Shown piece by piece: positions 63,321 through 64,000 of a stretch of DNA of 64,000 nucleotides. The DNA comes from Takakia lepidozioides (Eukaryota > Plantae > Bryophyta), in NCBI GenBank assembly GCA_030704615.1, contig CM060734.1:28210001-28274000 (forward strand), given 5' to 3'. The position numbers and the translations under genes were made by a program. Positions within the stretch are counted from its first letter, which is position 1; each line of letters starts with the position of its first letter. Below the pieces are notes generated by a model that was given only the letters and a program-made list of their open reading frames with translations, searched no databases and was not told where the DNA came from.

Positions 63321-63533
63321 AGGTGGCAGGGGGCGAGCTCCACACCTATGACATTGAAGGGCACCGGCCAGCATTCATTGTCCGCAGCCGTTGGTTTTGA
63401 ACTGGACGTTCGGCACGGATTCCGCGTTGCCTTCTCGAATATGCATGGAACCCCTGATGTGATGGGTGGATGAAGTCCCACTCGAGGGTTGTACGCACGC
63501 ATTCTGCGGGAGAGTTATCTGTTATTCGGACTT

Positions 63534-64000
63534 ATGCCGCGTGGAGTAGGTCGTGGCTCTCCTGAGATAAACCCCACTTCCAGACCGCGACGCAAACTCA
63601 AACCTTTGTACTACCGAACGCGTCCAATGTCTCACATGGCCAAGTTGAAACTCCAACAGAAGATCCCCTTGTCTTGCTCACAGCCCGCGCCAATTGAAGC
63701 GGAGCACTCTCAGGCGAGCCCCAGCTTCCTCCTCTCTCTCTAGCATTTGCGGTCGTCTGATTGACTTTGTTTTGTTTGTTTTAGCATCCTTGTGAATGTC
63801 CTTCTTCATGTGCTTTTAAGCCTTTACTTGGTTTTGCTCTCATGGTTGTTCCATGCCACTCCCTACTCTGCATCTCACCACTGCCTCATTTTTTGGCCAT
63901 TATGGCGCTCCTGTTGGGGATCACAGAGTGAAGACGAGCTCGACACGGTCGTGGTATCGTTGACAACTCCAACTCCTCGAGCACTCACTCCAAAAGCGGC
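63534..64000 (+). pseudogene. 5' exons of a third ParB-like gene copy (runs off the window)
   Basis: MPRGVGRGSP..SRPRRKLKPLYY..LKLQQKIPLSCSQP is homologous to 33276-33720, with many synonymous differences. Confidence 0.7.

Noticed and set aside
3973-63374. Many ORFs with MEIRRRISI / WKFGAEFPS / DGNSAPNFHP repeats
   Set aside because: They are translations of the palindrome in all frames and on both strands. The 53- and 64-bp units break frame.

Overview
This is eukaryotic, heavily nested and decayed transposon DNA with GT-AG introns and no intact host gene. It is probably plant, and possibly a non-seed plant (inference). It contains: four pieces plus a solo LTR of one Ty3/Gypsy chromovirus family; other Ty3/Gypsy remnants; a hAT fragment; and a tRNA-derived SINE. 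The most striking component is a recurring three-part module. A Mutator/MULE-type transposase gene (GCM-like Zn finger, DDE core, distant SWIM) and a spliced ParB/Srx-like gene face away from each other across tandem arrays of a 22-30 bp palindrome, GGAAA-NNN-GGCGCC-NNN-TTTCC (about 90 copies by eye). Palindrome spacings cluster at 53, 64, 72-74, 85 and 95-96 bp, about 5-9 DNA helical turns, although spacer sequences differ between arrays. Scattered exons suggest the ParB-like gene continues into an N4/N6 DNA-methyltransferase-like domain. The module occurs twice, with the array-side start of a third copy at the window end. All copies are pseudogenised or rearranged. Domain calls are by eye and coordinates are read by hand.
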